Assembly: GCA_026770705.1 (NCBI GenBank)
Contig: JANJGN010000003.1
Location: 115,940,001-116,004,000, forward strand
DNA: 64,000 nt
Direction of reading: 5' to 3'
Source of the DNA: Isurus oxyrinchus
Lineage: Eukaryota
Of this stretch, positions 34,365-47,527 are shown in pieces. The notes beneath the pieces were generated by a model. The model saw only the letters and a program-made list of their open reading frames with translations. It was not told the origin of the DNA and made no database searches. Position 1 is the first letter of the stretch. Every line of letters starts with the position of its first letter. A program made the translations under genes and the position numbers.

Positions 34365-36267
34365 TGTGGTCACTGAGATGAAGATGGTTGGGCCGAGGGC
34401 ATTACCTTGAGAGATTCCTGCAGTGATGCCCTGGGACTGAGATGACTGACCTCCAACAACCACAACCATCTTCCTTTGTGCTAGGTATGACTCCAACCAG
34501 CAGAGAATTCTCCCCCTGATTCCCATTGACTCCAATTTTACTAGGGCTCCTTGATGCCACACTCGATCAAATGCTGCACTGATGTCAAGGGCAGTCACTC
34601 TCACCTCACCTCGGGAGTTCAGCTGTTTTGTCTATGTTTGGACCAAAGCTGTAATGAGGTCAAGAGCTGAGTGACCCTTAAGGAACCCAAACCGAGCATC
34701 AGTGAGCCAGTTATTGCTAAGCAATTGCTGCTTGATGGCAATGACTTGCCCATCACTTTGTTGATGATCGAGAGTAGACTGATTGGCTGAGTTGGATTTG
34801 ACCTGCTTTCTGTGATAGGACATACCTGTGCAATTTTCCACATTGTCAGGTAGATGCCAGTGTCGTAGCCAACTGGAACAGCTTGGCTAGGGGCATGGCT
34901 AAGGGCTGGAGCACAGATCTTGAGTACTATTGCCAGAATGTTGTTAGGACCCTTAGCCTTCGCAATATCCATTGCCTTCAGCCATTTCTTGATATCACAT
35001 GGAGTGAATCAAATTGGCTGAAAACTAGCATCTGTGATGCTGGGGACCTCCGGAGGAGGCTGAAATGAATCACCCATTCAGCACTTCTGGCTGAACATTG
35101 TTGCAAATGCCTTGTCTTTTGCACTGATGTGCAGGGCTCCTCCAGCATTGAGGGTGGGGATATTTGTGGAGCCTCCTCCTCCAGTGAGTTGTTTAATTGT
35201 CCACCGCCATTCATGACTGGATGTGGCAGGACTGCAGAGCTTAGATCTGACCTGTTGCTTGTGAGATCATTTAGCTCTGCCTGTCACATTCTGCTTTCGC
35301 TCTTTGGCATGCAAGCAGTCCTGTGTTGTAGTTTCACCAGGTTGACACCTCATTTTTAGGTATGCCTGGTGCTGCTCCTGGCATGCCCTCCTGTACTCTT
35401 CATTGAACCAGGGTTAATCCCTGGCTTGGTGGTAATGGTAGTGGGGGATATGCCAGACCGTGAGGTTACAGATATTGTTCGAGTATAATTCTGCTGCTGC
35501 TGATGGCCCACTGCATCTCATGGATGCCCAGTCTTGAGTTGCTGGATCTGTTCAAAATCTATCCCATTTAGCATTGTGGTAGTGCCACACAACATGATGG
35601 GGGGTATCCTTAATGTGAAGGCAGGACTTCGACTCCACAATGACTGTGAGGTGGTCACTCCTACCAAAACTGTTATGGACAGATGCATCAACTGCAGGCA
35701 GGCTGGTGAGGATGAGGTTAAGTGCGTTTTTCCCTCACCACCTGCTGCAGATCCAGTCTAGCGATGTCATTTAGGACTCAGCCAGTATTGATGCTACTTA
35801 GCCACTCTTGGTGTTGGGCATTGAAGTCCCACACTTCAATTCTGTGCCCTTGCCACCCTCAGTGCTTCCTCCAAGTTATGTTCAACATGGACAAGCACGG
35901 ATTCATCAGCTGAGTGAAAGTAATCAGCAGGAGGTTTCTTTACCCATGTTTGACCTGATGTCATGAGACTTCATGTGGCCCAGAGTCAATGTTGAGGACT
36001 TCAAGGGCAACCCCCATCCCGACTGTATACCATTGTGGTGCCACCTCTGCCCTGCCAGGGATGGTGGAGTCTGGGACATTATCCATAAGGTATGATCTCG
36101 TGCGGATGATCAGCCTGTTGCTTGACTAGTCTGTGAGACAGCTCTCTTCAATTTTGGCACTAGCCCCCAGATGTTAGTAAGGAGGACTTTGCAGGGTCGA
36201 CAGAGCTGCGATTGCCATTATCGTTTCCAGTGCCTAGGTCGATCCATCCAGTTTCCTTCTTTTTGTA
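34365..36267 (-). mobile_element. Non-LTR retrotransposon ORF2 fragment (endonuclease to mid-RT; CR1/Jockey group)
   Basis: VTALDISAAFDRVWHQGALVKLESMGIRG...GISQGNALGPTIF; KAKGPNNILAIVLKICAP; ARFGFLKGHSALDLITALVQ. Confidence 0.85.
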
Positions 36268-36453
36268 AATATATATATAAAAACAAAAAACTGCGGATGC
36301 TGGAAATCCAAAACAGAAACAGAATTACCTGGAAAAACTCAGCAGGTCTGGCAGCATCTGTTGAAGGGTCATGAGGACTCGAAATGTCAACTCTCTTCTT
36401 CTCTGCCGATGTTGCCAGACCTGCTGAGTTTTTCCAGGTAATTCTGTTTTTGT
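36268..36453. mobile_element. Inverted Penelope-like terminal-repeat insertion with one hammerhead core
   Basis: Arms CAGAATTACCTGGAAAAACTCAGCAGGTCTGGCAGCAT / ATGTTGCCAGACCTGCTGAGTTTTTCCAGGTAATTCTG. 16-bp TSD TTTCCTTCTTTTTGTA (36252-36267, 36454-36469); short (AT)n filler. Confidence 0.8.
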
Positions 36454-36479
36454 TTTCCTTCTTTTTGTAGCGGTTTGTT

Positions 36480-36720
36480 AGGCCATTTAGAGCCTACAAT
36501 GCTGTGGATGAGACCAGGTAAGGAAGACAAAGTTTTTTAAACAACAATCAAAAAATGGTTTCATGGTCATCATCATTATTGAATTTTTAATTCCAGAATT
36601 TTATTGAAGTCAAATTCCACCATCTGCCATGGCAGAATTCGAACCTGGGCTCCCAGAGCATTATCTTAGGTTTCTGGATTACTAGCAAAGCAGCAGTACC
36701 ACTACGTCATCACTTCCCCT
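36480..36720 (-). mobile_element. tRNA-derived SINE (same family as 47125-47490), partial
   Basis: AATGGTTTCATGGTCATC...AAATTCCACCATCTGCCATGGCAGAATTCGAACCTGGG...GGATTACTAG; B-box GGTTCGAATTC on the minus strand. Confidence 0.75.
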
Positions 36721-36853
36721 GCATTCCCTGCGTTATAATAGTGGCTACACCTCAAAAAGTACCTTATTGCTGTATAGTGTTTTGAGACATCCAATGGTCA
36801 TGAAAAGCCCTTTATAAATGCAAACCTTTAATTTTATCTACATATGAAACATT

Positions 36854-37096
36854 GGGCAGGATTTCATGCAGGCACGCACCCGACTCAATCGGCCGTGAAA
36901 TCGCGCGAGATGATGTTGGGCGCGATTCATCGCACGCTCATGCGATATTTCGCTTGGTGGGTGCATGCAAAAGTCGGAATCACGCCTGCCGACTGCATGA
37001 AATCACGGTCAAAGGCCAATAGCAGTTGGCAGTCCATTTCCTGGCCGCTCCCAGGCCCACCAATCATGCGCGCCCGATGACAAAAAAATTCAGGCC
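36854..37096. mobile_element. Harbinger MITE (243 bp)
   Basis: GGGCAGGATTT ... AAATTCAGGCC; TSD ATT on both sides; CpG-rich. Confidence 0.8.
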
Positions 37097-38518
37097 ATTG
37101 TATTCAACTTTGGTCAGTTTCCTACCACAGTATACTGAGGTAATAAATACAATAAAGAGCAAGAGCAGTTCTAAGTCTTAGAATATTGAGGTATAAAGAT
37201 CTGTTTAATGTGTTCTAATGAAAATATAAATGCTTCTAAAATCTTTAAATGAGTATGTGTTTAATCATTATTTTTTCCATAGTGAGCGCTGTAGCCGAAT
37301 CTCAGTAAGATTGCCCTCTGTTGGTCAGTTGCATTCTTGTGGTAACTTTTTCTTTTCCACGTATTTTTTAACCATTTATAAAACAATTCACGCAACAACA
37401 ATTAAAATTGGCAGCAAATCGTTTTATTACCGCCAATGTTACATTTAGTTTGTCATTGCTTGGACTTAAAATAATGTTTTCAGCATGAAAGATAATATAT
37501 GCAGTGAGGAAATTGAGCAAAAATATCAGAACAAAAAAAGCAATTATTTTTTTCTGTTTTTGACTAACATTTGAAGTTAAATTATTTTTAAGACAGTTCT
37601 AACTCAAATTTATTTCATTATATCTTCAAGTCACATTTTTAGAAAAAGGAATTACATGTGCATAATGTACTGTTTATAATTTGTTAGAAAATGGGGCTGA
37701 CATTCGAATTAGACTGCACAACTCTGATTAATGGTGCTAAAACTATGTAATATTGGTTTGTGCTTCTTCCTTAACCAGAAAATGAATGTAATGAAATTGA
37801 AAGGTACATGAGTTAACTTTAATTTTTATATTGTTTATGTGATTCAATTAAGAGTTCAACTTCCTGGGGCATTGGGATCAATTTTGTGGCTGAGTGAGTT
37901 ATCCTGATGGAATTTTCTATACCCAAACAGAGAAAAAAAACCTGGCATGAGGTTAGGTAGAGCTGCAGGGAAGTGTTTAAAAGTTAATAAGACAGGGGGA
38001 GAGAAAAAGCAAGAGAATAGTGCTGGAAGCTTGGAAGGAAAAGTGATTTAAGGTAAGCCCTAGATAGTTTATTTTGAAAAGTAAAATTAAAGATGGAGGG
38101 TGAAGTTTCTGCATCGGACATATTTAGCAATTCCAGCACAAATTGCATCCATTTTGAAATCATTTACATATTGCCAAATGTAAAATCTGTCATGAACCAG
38201 TGCAATTGGTTTGGAAACGTAATTATATATTTTAATTTTTCTTAAAATACCCCTTGAAACATTTAAGAGTGGTAATCTGTGGCAGTTTGCTTTATGCAGC
38301 TGAAAATGGGTCTATTACAAAATGTAAGCTCTTTAAATTGCAGTGATAATTCACTTGTTGTGAGAAACCAGATTTTAAATTCCTGAAAATAGCTTTTTAA
38401 AAAATGCAAATCTATATTCCAGTTACATTAGTGGTCAGCTCCTTAGTAATTATTTTAAATTCAAAACATTTCAAAAATATCTATTAATGTTCTTGCATTC
38501 AAATGATTCAGCTTAATT

Positions 38519-39335
38519 TTATGGTTCAGTTGGTAGCGCTCTCACCTCTGACTCACAAGGTTCAGGTTCAAGTCCCACTACAGGGTCTGAACACAAAAAT
38601 CAAGGCTGACAGTTCAGTGCAGTACTGAGGGAGTGCTGCACTGTCAGAGATGACATCTTTCGGATGAGATGTTGAACCAAGGACTTCTGCCTGCCCAGGC
38701 GCATGTAAAATTTCCCATGGCACTATTTTGAAAAAGAGCTGGGGAGTTATCCCAATGCAAAAACAAAAATACCTGGAAAAACTCAGCAGGTCTGGCAGCA
38801 TCAGTGGAGAAGAGCAAAGTTGACGTTTTGAGTCCTCATGACCCTTCAACAGAACGAAGGGGGGTATCTCCTCCTATCAATGCTTGCTTGTCCCAACAAT
38901 ACCCCCCTCCTTCTTCCCCCCCACGCCCCAAACCAGCTTATAATTCACCCCTTTCTTATTTCTACTTAGTTCTGTTGAAGGGTCATGAGGACTCGAAATG
39001 TCAACTTTGCTCTTCTCCGCCGATGCTGCCAGGCCTGCTGAGTTTTTCCAGGTATTTTTGTTTTTGTTTTGGATTTCCAGCGTCCGCAGATTTTTTTTTA
39101 TCTCTGAGTTATCCCAATGACCTGGCCAGTATTGATCCCACAATCAACGTCACAAAAACAGATTATCTGGCCATTATCATATTGCTGTTTGTGGGAGTTT
39201 GCTGTGTGCATAATGGCTACCATGTTTTCTGCACTACAACAGTGACTACACTTCAAAACATACTTCATTGACTGCAAAGCGCTTTGAGACGTCCAGTGAT
39301 CGTGAAAGGTGCTATGATCGTGAAATGTGAGTTTT
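38519..39335 (+). mobile_element. Full Deu-domain tRNA SINE (SacSINE1-like) interrupted by a PLE-like insertion
   Basis: A/B boxes; GCAGTACTGAGGGAGTGCTGCACTGTCAGAG...TCTTTCGGATGAGATG; 3' tail ACAACAGTGACTACACTTCAAAA...GCGCTTTGAGACGTCC. Confidence 0.85.
38758..39105. mobile_element. Inverted Penelope-like terminal-repeat insertion with about 110-bp spacer and two hammerhead motifs
   Basis: Arms about 38758-38855 and 38969-39066; 14-bp TSD GAGTTATCCCAATG (38744-38757, 39106-39119). Confidence 0.8.
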
Positions 39336-40619
39336 TTTTATTTGAGGAGCCTTCTCAAAGGCCTATCAACAAACACAATTGGGAGAAACTTCCTATGCTG
39401 ATTAATTCATCCTAGAGGTGTAGCCAGCATTGTGAGTGGGGCCAGCTTCTAGCGCAGCAATTTTAAAACTAGTGCAAAAGATTACAGAAACATGATTGTG
39501 CTGAACACAATTTGCACTTAGATTTCCATGACCTCTTGCACCAGTTACACTTACATTCTGAGAAATTGCACTAAAAAAACCCAGCACATCAAGAGGAAAC
39601 TCCAAGCCCCAATGTTTAGAGTCCTTGCTCTAGCAATTTATCAGCTAAAGTGATGGTGGGATAATGAAAATGTTTGAAGTTTCAACACAAGGGAACAATT
39701 GTGGTCTGGCATTTAGGAAACAATTCCCTGGTGTATGACCTCAGTCAGCCTTTGTTGCAAATGTAAGTGTCCTCTCATTCTCATTGCATCTTTTACTCAG
39801 TGGTATAAAGTGACTTTGAATTCCCTGAATTGTGCATTTGTAAGTGTATCATTTCTTCTCCAACAATCTTTAAGTCTAGCTCCATCAATTACTTCTTCAT
39901 TCCCTCAAAGTGTACCTTCTTAAAATTAAGGGTCTCTCCTTTTGGATGGTGAGTCTGATGTCAAAGTCAATTGTACATTCAGTCCACCTCCTCAAATGAA
40001 GGGAGATAGTTCTATGGAATGATAAAGAGTCCTCAATTCTTTTTCAACACACTGAAGTTTCCAGCCTTTTGCAGTGTACACATATTATGCCCGTTCACAC
40101 ATGCAAATATGGGAATTACAGCATATGTGTCAATGTTGCTTTTGAAATCTTAGTAACACTGAGCACTGTGGATGCTTGTGCATTACTTGAACTTTGGAGG
40201 CTTTTAAAATTCAAAATATGAATTTTCTTCTTAATTGCAAACCTGACACATTAAACTGATGATCAAAGAATTTTCTATTCAATTTCCTCAGGTTGGCTCA
40301 CTAGTGCTGAAGGCAAGGCTCACCCTGAGCTTCCTGAAACTGACACCCCTATTGCACCCACCAAGAAATGCAAGTCCCCTCAGCCTGGAAAATTGGTCAT
40401 GCACTCATAGTGCAGACCCCAGCCAACCTTGAGTAAATATTAGGGAACCACACAAATGGAACACACAGTTTTCTGTCATTAATTAATAAAATGTTAGTAC
40501 ATACCCCATTATACCTCTCACTACACCCCAGCTGTCCTGATACTCCCGTGGTAGATTTTCCACATTCAAACACCTCAATGTGTACCTTGTTTAGCAACTT
40601 ACCTTCGTTGTTTATTATT

Positions 40620-41200
40620 CTTCAGGTTTATTGATTCCCAGTCTGCTTTTAACGCAGTGACTCCTCATTCTCAGTGAATTCAACCATGCTGTCCTGCCTC
40701 CTATAATTTCTCCAGGGATCTCACCACTCTCAACTTCATCCTCCACACAAGCTTTCTCAACCACATGCATAGCCACTTCCTCACTCTTTCTCATCACACA
40801 AAACCTCACCACATCAAAGGTCTCTATCAGACTTCCATTCCTGACCTTGCTGACTTTTTCTGACTTTTTTTCTCATATATCCCTACCCACTGTCTAATCC
40901 CTTCAGGCTCTCCTTCTGCCCAATGAAAAAACAATTGTCCTCTACAATTTCTATAAATTTATTTCTACAATGTTCCATTCACTGGCTGTGCCACCTAATT
41001 CTTCATGATCTTCAGCAACTCTAAATCCTCAGGCTGTGTTCCTTTCTGCTCCTAGATGTCCTGCTAATTAACTATAAAGTCTTCATCCTCATTTTCAAGT
41101 TTTTCTAAAACCTTGCCTCACACTGTCTGAGTGATCTTTCCCAACCATGTACTACTAACCATACCCTGTACTTACTTAATGCTGGAACTCCCTGTTCCAA
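40620..41200 (+). mobile_element. Very old L2-like LINE fragment
   Basis: C/T-rich decayed sequence with CTATAAAGTCTTCATCCTCATTTTCAAG...AACCTTGCC, resembling the L2 3' region. Confidence 0.35.
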
Positions 41201-41384
41201 GTAAGTGTCTGTATAGTAAATCCAGGAAACTGAAATTGGCTAGTCAATTAATTGTCAAGAAGTATAGGCATAGATTTTTACCCTGAGCAGACTTTGGGCA
41301 GCTGGCCAACCCCACAAAATTAAATATCAACTTAACAGTGCTTGACCCAGCAATGCCCTAAAATGGCAAATGGGGCCCCTAAAA

Positions 41385-41392
41385 TATATATG

Positions 41393-41436
<44 letters not shown>
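41385..41436. repeat. (TA)n microsatellite
   Basis: Direct observation. Confidence 0.95.
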
Positions 41437-41438
<2 letters not shown>

Positions 41439-44339
41439 AGTGAATGCTGATTTGAATTTTAAATGTGCCTGCCTCCAGCTTCAGATGGGCCCTCTAGCCT
41501 GCCAGCAGTGGGTGCTGGAGAAGATTGTGATAGCCAGAGCAACAGAGGAATGGGGCAGTGAGTCACTCCCTGCCAATTTTGGAATTCCACCACATGATTT
41601 TGCTGGGTGACAGTTTCTTCCTTCGACCAGACAATCATCCATAAATCTTCAGAATGGAAATGGTCGTGAGTTATTGCATTGTTTTATGAACATCCCTCCA
41701 TCATTCAGTTAGAAATATTTTCATGAAAGTGCAAGAAACTAAACCATGGCTTAGTTTGAGTGTGAAATGCCATGTTTGAACTGACACATAAACAATGGCT
41801 ACATGTAATATATGAGCAGAATAGCAAATATGTGTCAGATAAAGTTTTGTTCATTCACAAAAATAATCTTCTGAAAATATTCAATCTGAAGTTTGGTTAC
41901 ACTGACATAGCTGAAAACAGCCAAAAATAAAAATAGATAAAGGAATGAATTCGTAGGCTGCTGAGGATACAGAACATACTGTTCAAATATGAATCATCCA
42001 GGATTATAACGCCACATGCTTTGCAACATCAAAAATTCTGCATTCTTTCCTGTGTGTGTAATCCCAGATTGCTTTATGAAGACCACATCCGGCAATTCCC
42101 TGATAAATATGAAGCATTTCAGCATGAATTTTATGCCTCTTCCCTCTGGCAAAGAACTTCAGTCTAATTCCCTGTTTCTAATAGCAAAGCAAATTAAATT
42201 GGAATCCTGGTTATCCACATTGAATTTGATAACTATGAATTATGTACTCTTTACATTTGCTGTGAGGAACTCCCAAAGTTGTACCAATACTATAACTAAA
42301 TGGAATCTTTCAAGGTCGACATAATATATAAGAAAGTAACAGAGGCACTAAATAAATCAAATAATATATAGTTATATTTCCCATAATAGAAAGTAAGGAA
42401 TGAGGATGTAACATTCTAATAAAAAAGGAGCAATGGTAAGGTAGGAAATGCACAGGCAATACATCAGACATATTCATACTTCATCATAAAATTTTCAGCA
42501 TGGAAAAGGTTCATACAACCTATTGTACCTGTATCAGTCCACATTGGTGTTATCGGGAAAAAAAATCCTCTCAATTTACACTGGCTCAGGTAATATACCC
42601 TTAGGTTCTTTTAGGCCTCCCATCAAAGCTATGTCCTCTCCTCCCAGTAACACCCTATTAAATTTATATTACACCTTTAATAGCTCGAATATTCTTTCCA
42701 AAATGAGGGCTCAAAGCTGCAAAACTCTAACAAATCACTGGTACAAATGAATAGTTTCTGTTTCTTTTGTAATCAATGATTAATATGTAAAACTTTGACT
42801 CCCACTTGTCATTTTTTATGGCTTTTCTACTTTCAAATCTTCATCATGCAGTCATGTGTATGTAATGTAAGCTGTGAAATAAGTTGCAATCGTACATTGG
42901 AACTTTACAAAAGAAATGCTGGGCTCAGGAGTAAATTCTTTAATTTGGTCCGGTGGCAGAATAGTTTATCCTGCCTGGGTGTTAATTTCTCTGTTAAAGA
43001 ACTATTTCTAATCAAATGCTCACAGTTAGTAGTTTAAGCATCAATTCATTCAGGGCCTTGTTAGTTAATTATTCAGTTTCAATTTTAATTGGATACAATA
43101 AAGTTAACTCAATATATAGTGTACATGAAGTGTTAAAGGAAGTTGGATGTTTTTATCTCCTACTCCTCTGCTGTGAGCCATCCTCATTTTGATATGTATA
43201 GGCTTCCATAAGAAAATATGTTTCAGTAGTGGCTACTTTTAAGAATATTATATGATTGATATTAATATGAAATTTTATGTCACAGAAATTCCTTCCTTTT
43301 CTAATTATTGCAACAAAATAGATTTGAGTAAAAAGTTGTACTTTTGTTTGCTATTAGAGGCTAAGCATCAAATAGGATATGATAATTCTATGAAATCCTT
43401 CTATGAAAGTTAAATTAAAATATCTTGAGTGGAATTGTGCTACTTTTGACCGTAGGCAGGTTCTTTGAAGTCACTGAAAATATTTGCAGTGGTACCTGCT
43501 CATAACCTATTTCTGGGAGTCACTTTGGGTTCCTCTTATAATTAAACGATACATTTTAACTTGCACTTTATTGGAATAACCAAAATAAAATGGAAATTGT
43601 ACAAACCACAAAATGTGAAAAATCTCAACTGATGACAATAGCTATGATTATAAAATTAAATATATTAAATTAAATGGTTAAAAACCAATGTATAATACAA
43701 AATTTTTAAAAACCACATAAAATCAGTGCAAAACATGAAAATTACATAGGTTATAATTTGGAAGTTATAATTTCAATATAACTTAGAACAAAAATGATAG
43801 ATGTCAACAGAATCCTATTAAATAAAAGTCATTCAACTTTACAGATGTCTATTATTGTTAGAAATATCAATCTTAATATTCCTGATGATATTGTGTTATC
43901 TGATATGGACATACTAGTTAATTTAAAATGATGTTATTTTAACCTTAACATGCTTTTGCTCTCTAAAATATGAATGGTAAACACTGAAAAAACACTCTTC
44001 TAAAGTCACAACAATCAATACTTTAACATCAATAGTTTGTTTGGAAAGGATAATAGTTTGTATACAAGTTCTGTTAACTTTCAGTAAATGACTGCAAATC
44101 TCTCTGCTGGGAATAACAACTGTCCAATATAATACATTTACTTTACCTCTCCAATTTTCCACTTCCTTTTTGTTCCTTAATTTTTGGTTTTCCCATTTCA
44201 AGGGTAGTGTCTCATATGTCCCACAAGCCTCAGCCAGTTTATCAGTGTCCATTCTCTCTGTATCCCCTAGACAGTGAATGTATGCAGGCTATTTGTCTGG
44301 CAAGGGGAAGCGTGTCCTCACATGATATCTAACACAAGC

Positions 44340-45220
44340 ACCAACACTCGTTCTAGTTACTCTCTTCCTGTTTAAATACATGTAGAAACTCTTTCTATCA
44401 GTTTATTAAATTTCCAGTTAGCATTCTCTCATGCTCTAATTTCTTCTATTTATTTATATTTTATTCAATATTTTATGTTTCTTAAAATCTGTCCAATCTT
44501 CTGACCTACTATTAATCTTCATAGATTTGTATAGTGTTTCTTTCAATTTGATGCTTTCCCTTACTTTATGAAGTGACATGGATGATGCATCTTTCTCCTA
44601 GAGTTTTTCTTTCTCACTAGGATAAATCTTTGCTGAGAATTATTAAATATCCCCTTGAAAGTCTGCAGCTGCATATCCACTGCCCTACCTTTTAACCTAG
44701 TTTTTCAGTCCATCTTAGCCAACACTGCCTTCATACCCTTACTGATCTTTATTTAGGTTTAAAACACTAGTTTTAAACCCATACCTCTCACCTTCAAACC
44801 GAGTGTGAAATTCTATCAGGTTATGATCACTGTCACTTGGAGGGTCCCTTACCATGAGGTTATTGATTAATTCTGTCAATTGCACAATAGCTGGTAAAGA
44901 ACAGCCTGCTCTCTAGTTGGCACTAGAATGCACTGCAGTAAGAAATTGTTCCAAATACACTCTATGAACTCATTTTCCAGGTTACCTTTGCCAATCTGAT
45001 TTGCCCAATCTACATTTGGATTAAAGTCATCCATGATTATTGCAATACCTTTCTTACACACCCCATTTATTTCTTCCTGTATACTGTGTCCTACAATGTA
45101 ACCACTGTTAGGGACCCCATAAACCACCCTTGCAAGTGACCTCTTATTTTTCCTATTTCTTATCTCTACCCAAATTGATTCTACATCTTGCTCATTTGAG
45201 CTAAAGTCATCTGTCACCAC
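44340..45220 (-). mobile_element. CR1 LINE ORF2 endonuclease-region fragment
   Basis: VESIWVEIRNRKNKRSLARVVYG.PNS...IIMDDFNPNVDW...EFIECIWNNFLLQCILVPTREQAVL. Confidence 0.85.
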
Positions 45221-45399
45221 CATGAGGTGATGAATATGAGTCCCAGATGACTTTAGCTCTGAAGTTTCAGTATGATTGTTGAGCTGCCACATGATTCCAT
45301 ATCCACTGGGCTTCCTCAAGTTTATTGAAAGTGGGGACAAACCTCTTAAATTCCCTGTTTTCATTTTGGGCTAAATAACATTGGAAACTCTAATGGTAT

Positions 45400-47110
45400 C
45401 ACAGATGAGTTAGAGGGTTATCTCTTGATTTTCTGAAGTCTCCCAGTAAGAACATGTGGAAGCAGTATTGACAAGGAAGAAGGTACTGTTTCCCAGCATC
45501 CACAGCAGTATCCCCAGTGTAACTATCCAGTAGGCTTGGGAAGAGATGGCTGAGGGCCAGTGTGAACAGCATCACTCCCAGGTCCTGAGTTTAGTATACA
45601 CCCAACAAAACTCCTTTCATCCCGTCCCCCACCACTCTCAATAACTAGCTTATTTCCATCGTTCAGCCCAATTACAAGCTCAGGTTGCAACACCTCTCTT
45701 TCTCATTCCAATGACACTCACTTCTTCATTTACTTCCTTCACACCACACACTAACACCATTTTCTTTTCACATCCTAGCACTTGCTCAACCACAACTACT
45801 CCCAGCATTCCTTCCTCATTTCACATTTAGCACACTTGGTTTTACATTCATCACCTCTATATCCTTATTTTACTTGATTCTTCCCCTCCTCACTCTACAT
45901 ACAGCATTATCAGCGTGTCTTTGATTTAGAAGGTGACTGAATGGTTTTAACATTCTTTCTTATGGAGTGGTGAAGGTCTGTTAATGAGGTGGGGCTCTGG
46001 GTAAGGAAAATGAGACGGCAACGGAATTACTGAGCAGTTAACCCATCCCTCATATCATTGGCTGCAAGGTGTTCTTCTGGTGCTTCCTCACCTTCACCGT
46101 GGTCTTCCTCGTCTGATGAGGACTGCTGCTGTTCCTGTTGCCGTGCTTCCTCCAAATGCAGGCCTGTCTGTATAACAATGCTGAGCAGCATGCAGCACAC
46201 AAAATGTCTATATTGGAGACTCATCATGTAGAAATGGTGTGCTCAGTAGTGATCCTGATGGAGCCATGGCTTTGATTTTATCTAAGTTGCACAGGCATGC
46301 AAAGGAGTGTCATGAACTACATGCATCCCTTGTCCCACCATAATCACCTGCCATGTTACAGGAAGGTTAAATATTGGAAGAATGATAGTCTGGTACAAAA
46401 CTGACATGATTACCTGAGTACATGGAGGAATTTGTACAATCCAGCTTGTGTGAAGGGATGTTAATGGAATAGAATGAAATAGGAATGTTGGTGTTTTGGT
46501 GTTCTGGTGCCCTGATGGCAACATATGTGTAGTCAATGACACCTGAGGAAAACCAACAGGACTACAAATTCCAAACTTTTTCTTGTTGACTATCAAGTTC
46601 AATGTAGAAAGTGGTGTACTGCTGAGCTCTGGTTAATGAAGTATCAGTGACCTTCCTAATGCAGCTGAGGGATGCAGCTGATGTCGCCTGAAAGATAACT
46701 GAAGGAGTCATGTGGTAAAGAAATTAAAGACTATGGTGACATTGACAGCCACCGATGGAATACTGGACAGCAGAGAGCTGGTACTTCCACAGAAAGCTAT
46801 AGAGGTCTGCAACAACCTGGATGAAGAAATGTATCCACTTAATACATTGGAGAACTTGCTTGAAGGCCTGTAGTCCTGGGTAAGGCCTCCCACAAGAACA
46901 CCCCTCACTTGCTGTCTTTCAGCAGGTGGAGCTGCTGGTTGAGCTTGCTGAGATTGCTGTTACTCATCTAGCAATAATAGCGACCATTGTAAATGGCTAA
47001 ACCTTACTAAAGGTAATAAATCAATAGCAGTGAAGAAGATGCAAACTGTGAAATGAGGAAACTCTCCTGGCAATCCAAACAGCATGAAGACCTTGTGATT
47101 CAATTGGCTG
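45400..47110. mobile_element. Old, heavily decayed Harbinger element (Myb remnant on +, transposase remnant on -)
   Basis: Minus: IPSVAVNVTIVFNFFTT, VGFPQV, VCCMLLS...SSSDEED...RDGLTAQ*. Plus 45430-45600: Myb-like AWEEMA segment. Confidence 0.55.
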
Positions 47111-47124
47111 CATGTGAACGTGCT

Positions 47125-47490
47125 TTCTTTTAAGTCATTCATGAGATGCGGGTGTCACTGGCTAGGCCAGCATTTATTGCCCATCCCCAATTGCCCTTGT
47201 TCAGTGGGCATTTAAGAGTCAACCACATAGCTGTGGGTCTGGAGTCACATGTAGGCCAGACCAGGTAAGGACAGCAGATTTCTTTCCCTAAAAGACATTA
47301 GTGAACCAGATGGGTTTTTACAACAATTGACAATGGTTTCATGGTCATTATTAGACTTTTAATTCCAGATTTTTATTGAATTCAAATTCCACCATCCACC
47401 ATGGCGGGATTCAAACCCAGGTCACCAGAGCATTACCCTGGCTCTCTGGATTACTAGTCCAGACAATACCACTATGTCATCACCTCTCCA
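47125..47490 (-). mobile_element. Full-length tRNA-derived SINE
   Basis: Minus strand: GGTGATGACATAGTGGTATTG...CTGGGTTTGAATCCCGCCATGG...GGGCAATAAATGCTGGCCTAGCCAG...CATGAATGA; the same tail occurs near 63870-63927. Confidence 0.8.
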
Positions 47491-47527
47491 AATGCTGCTT
47501 CAGTGGCTCAGAGACCCCAAACCCATG

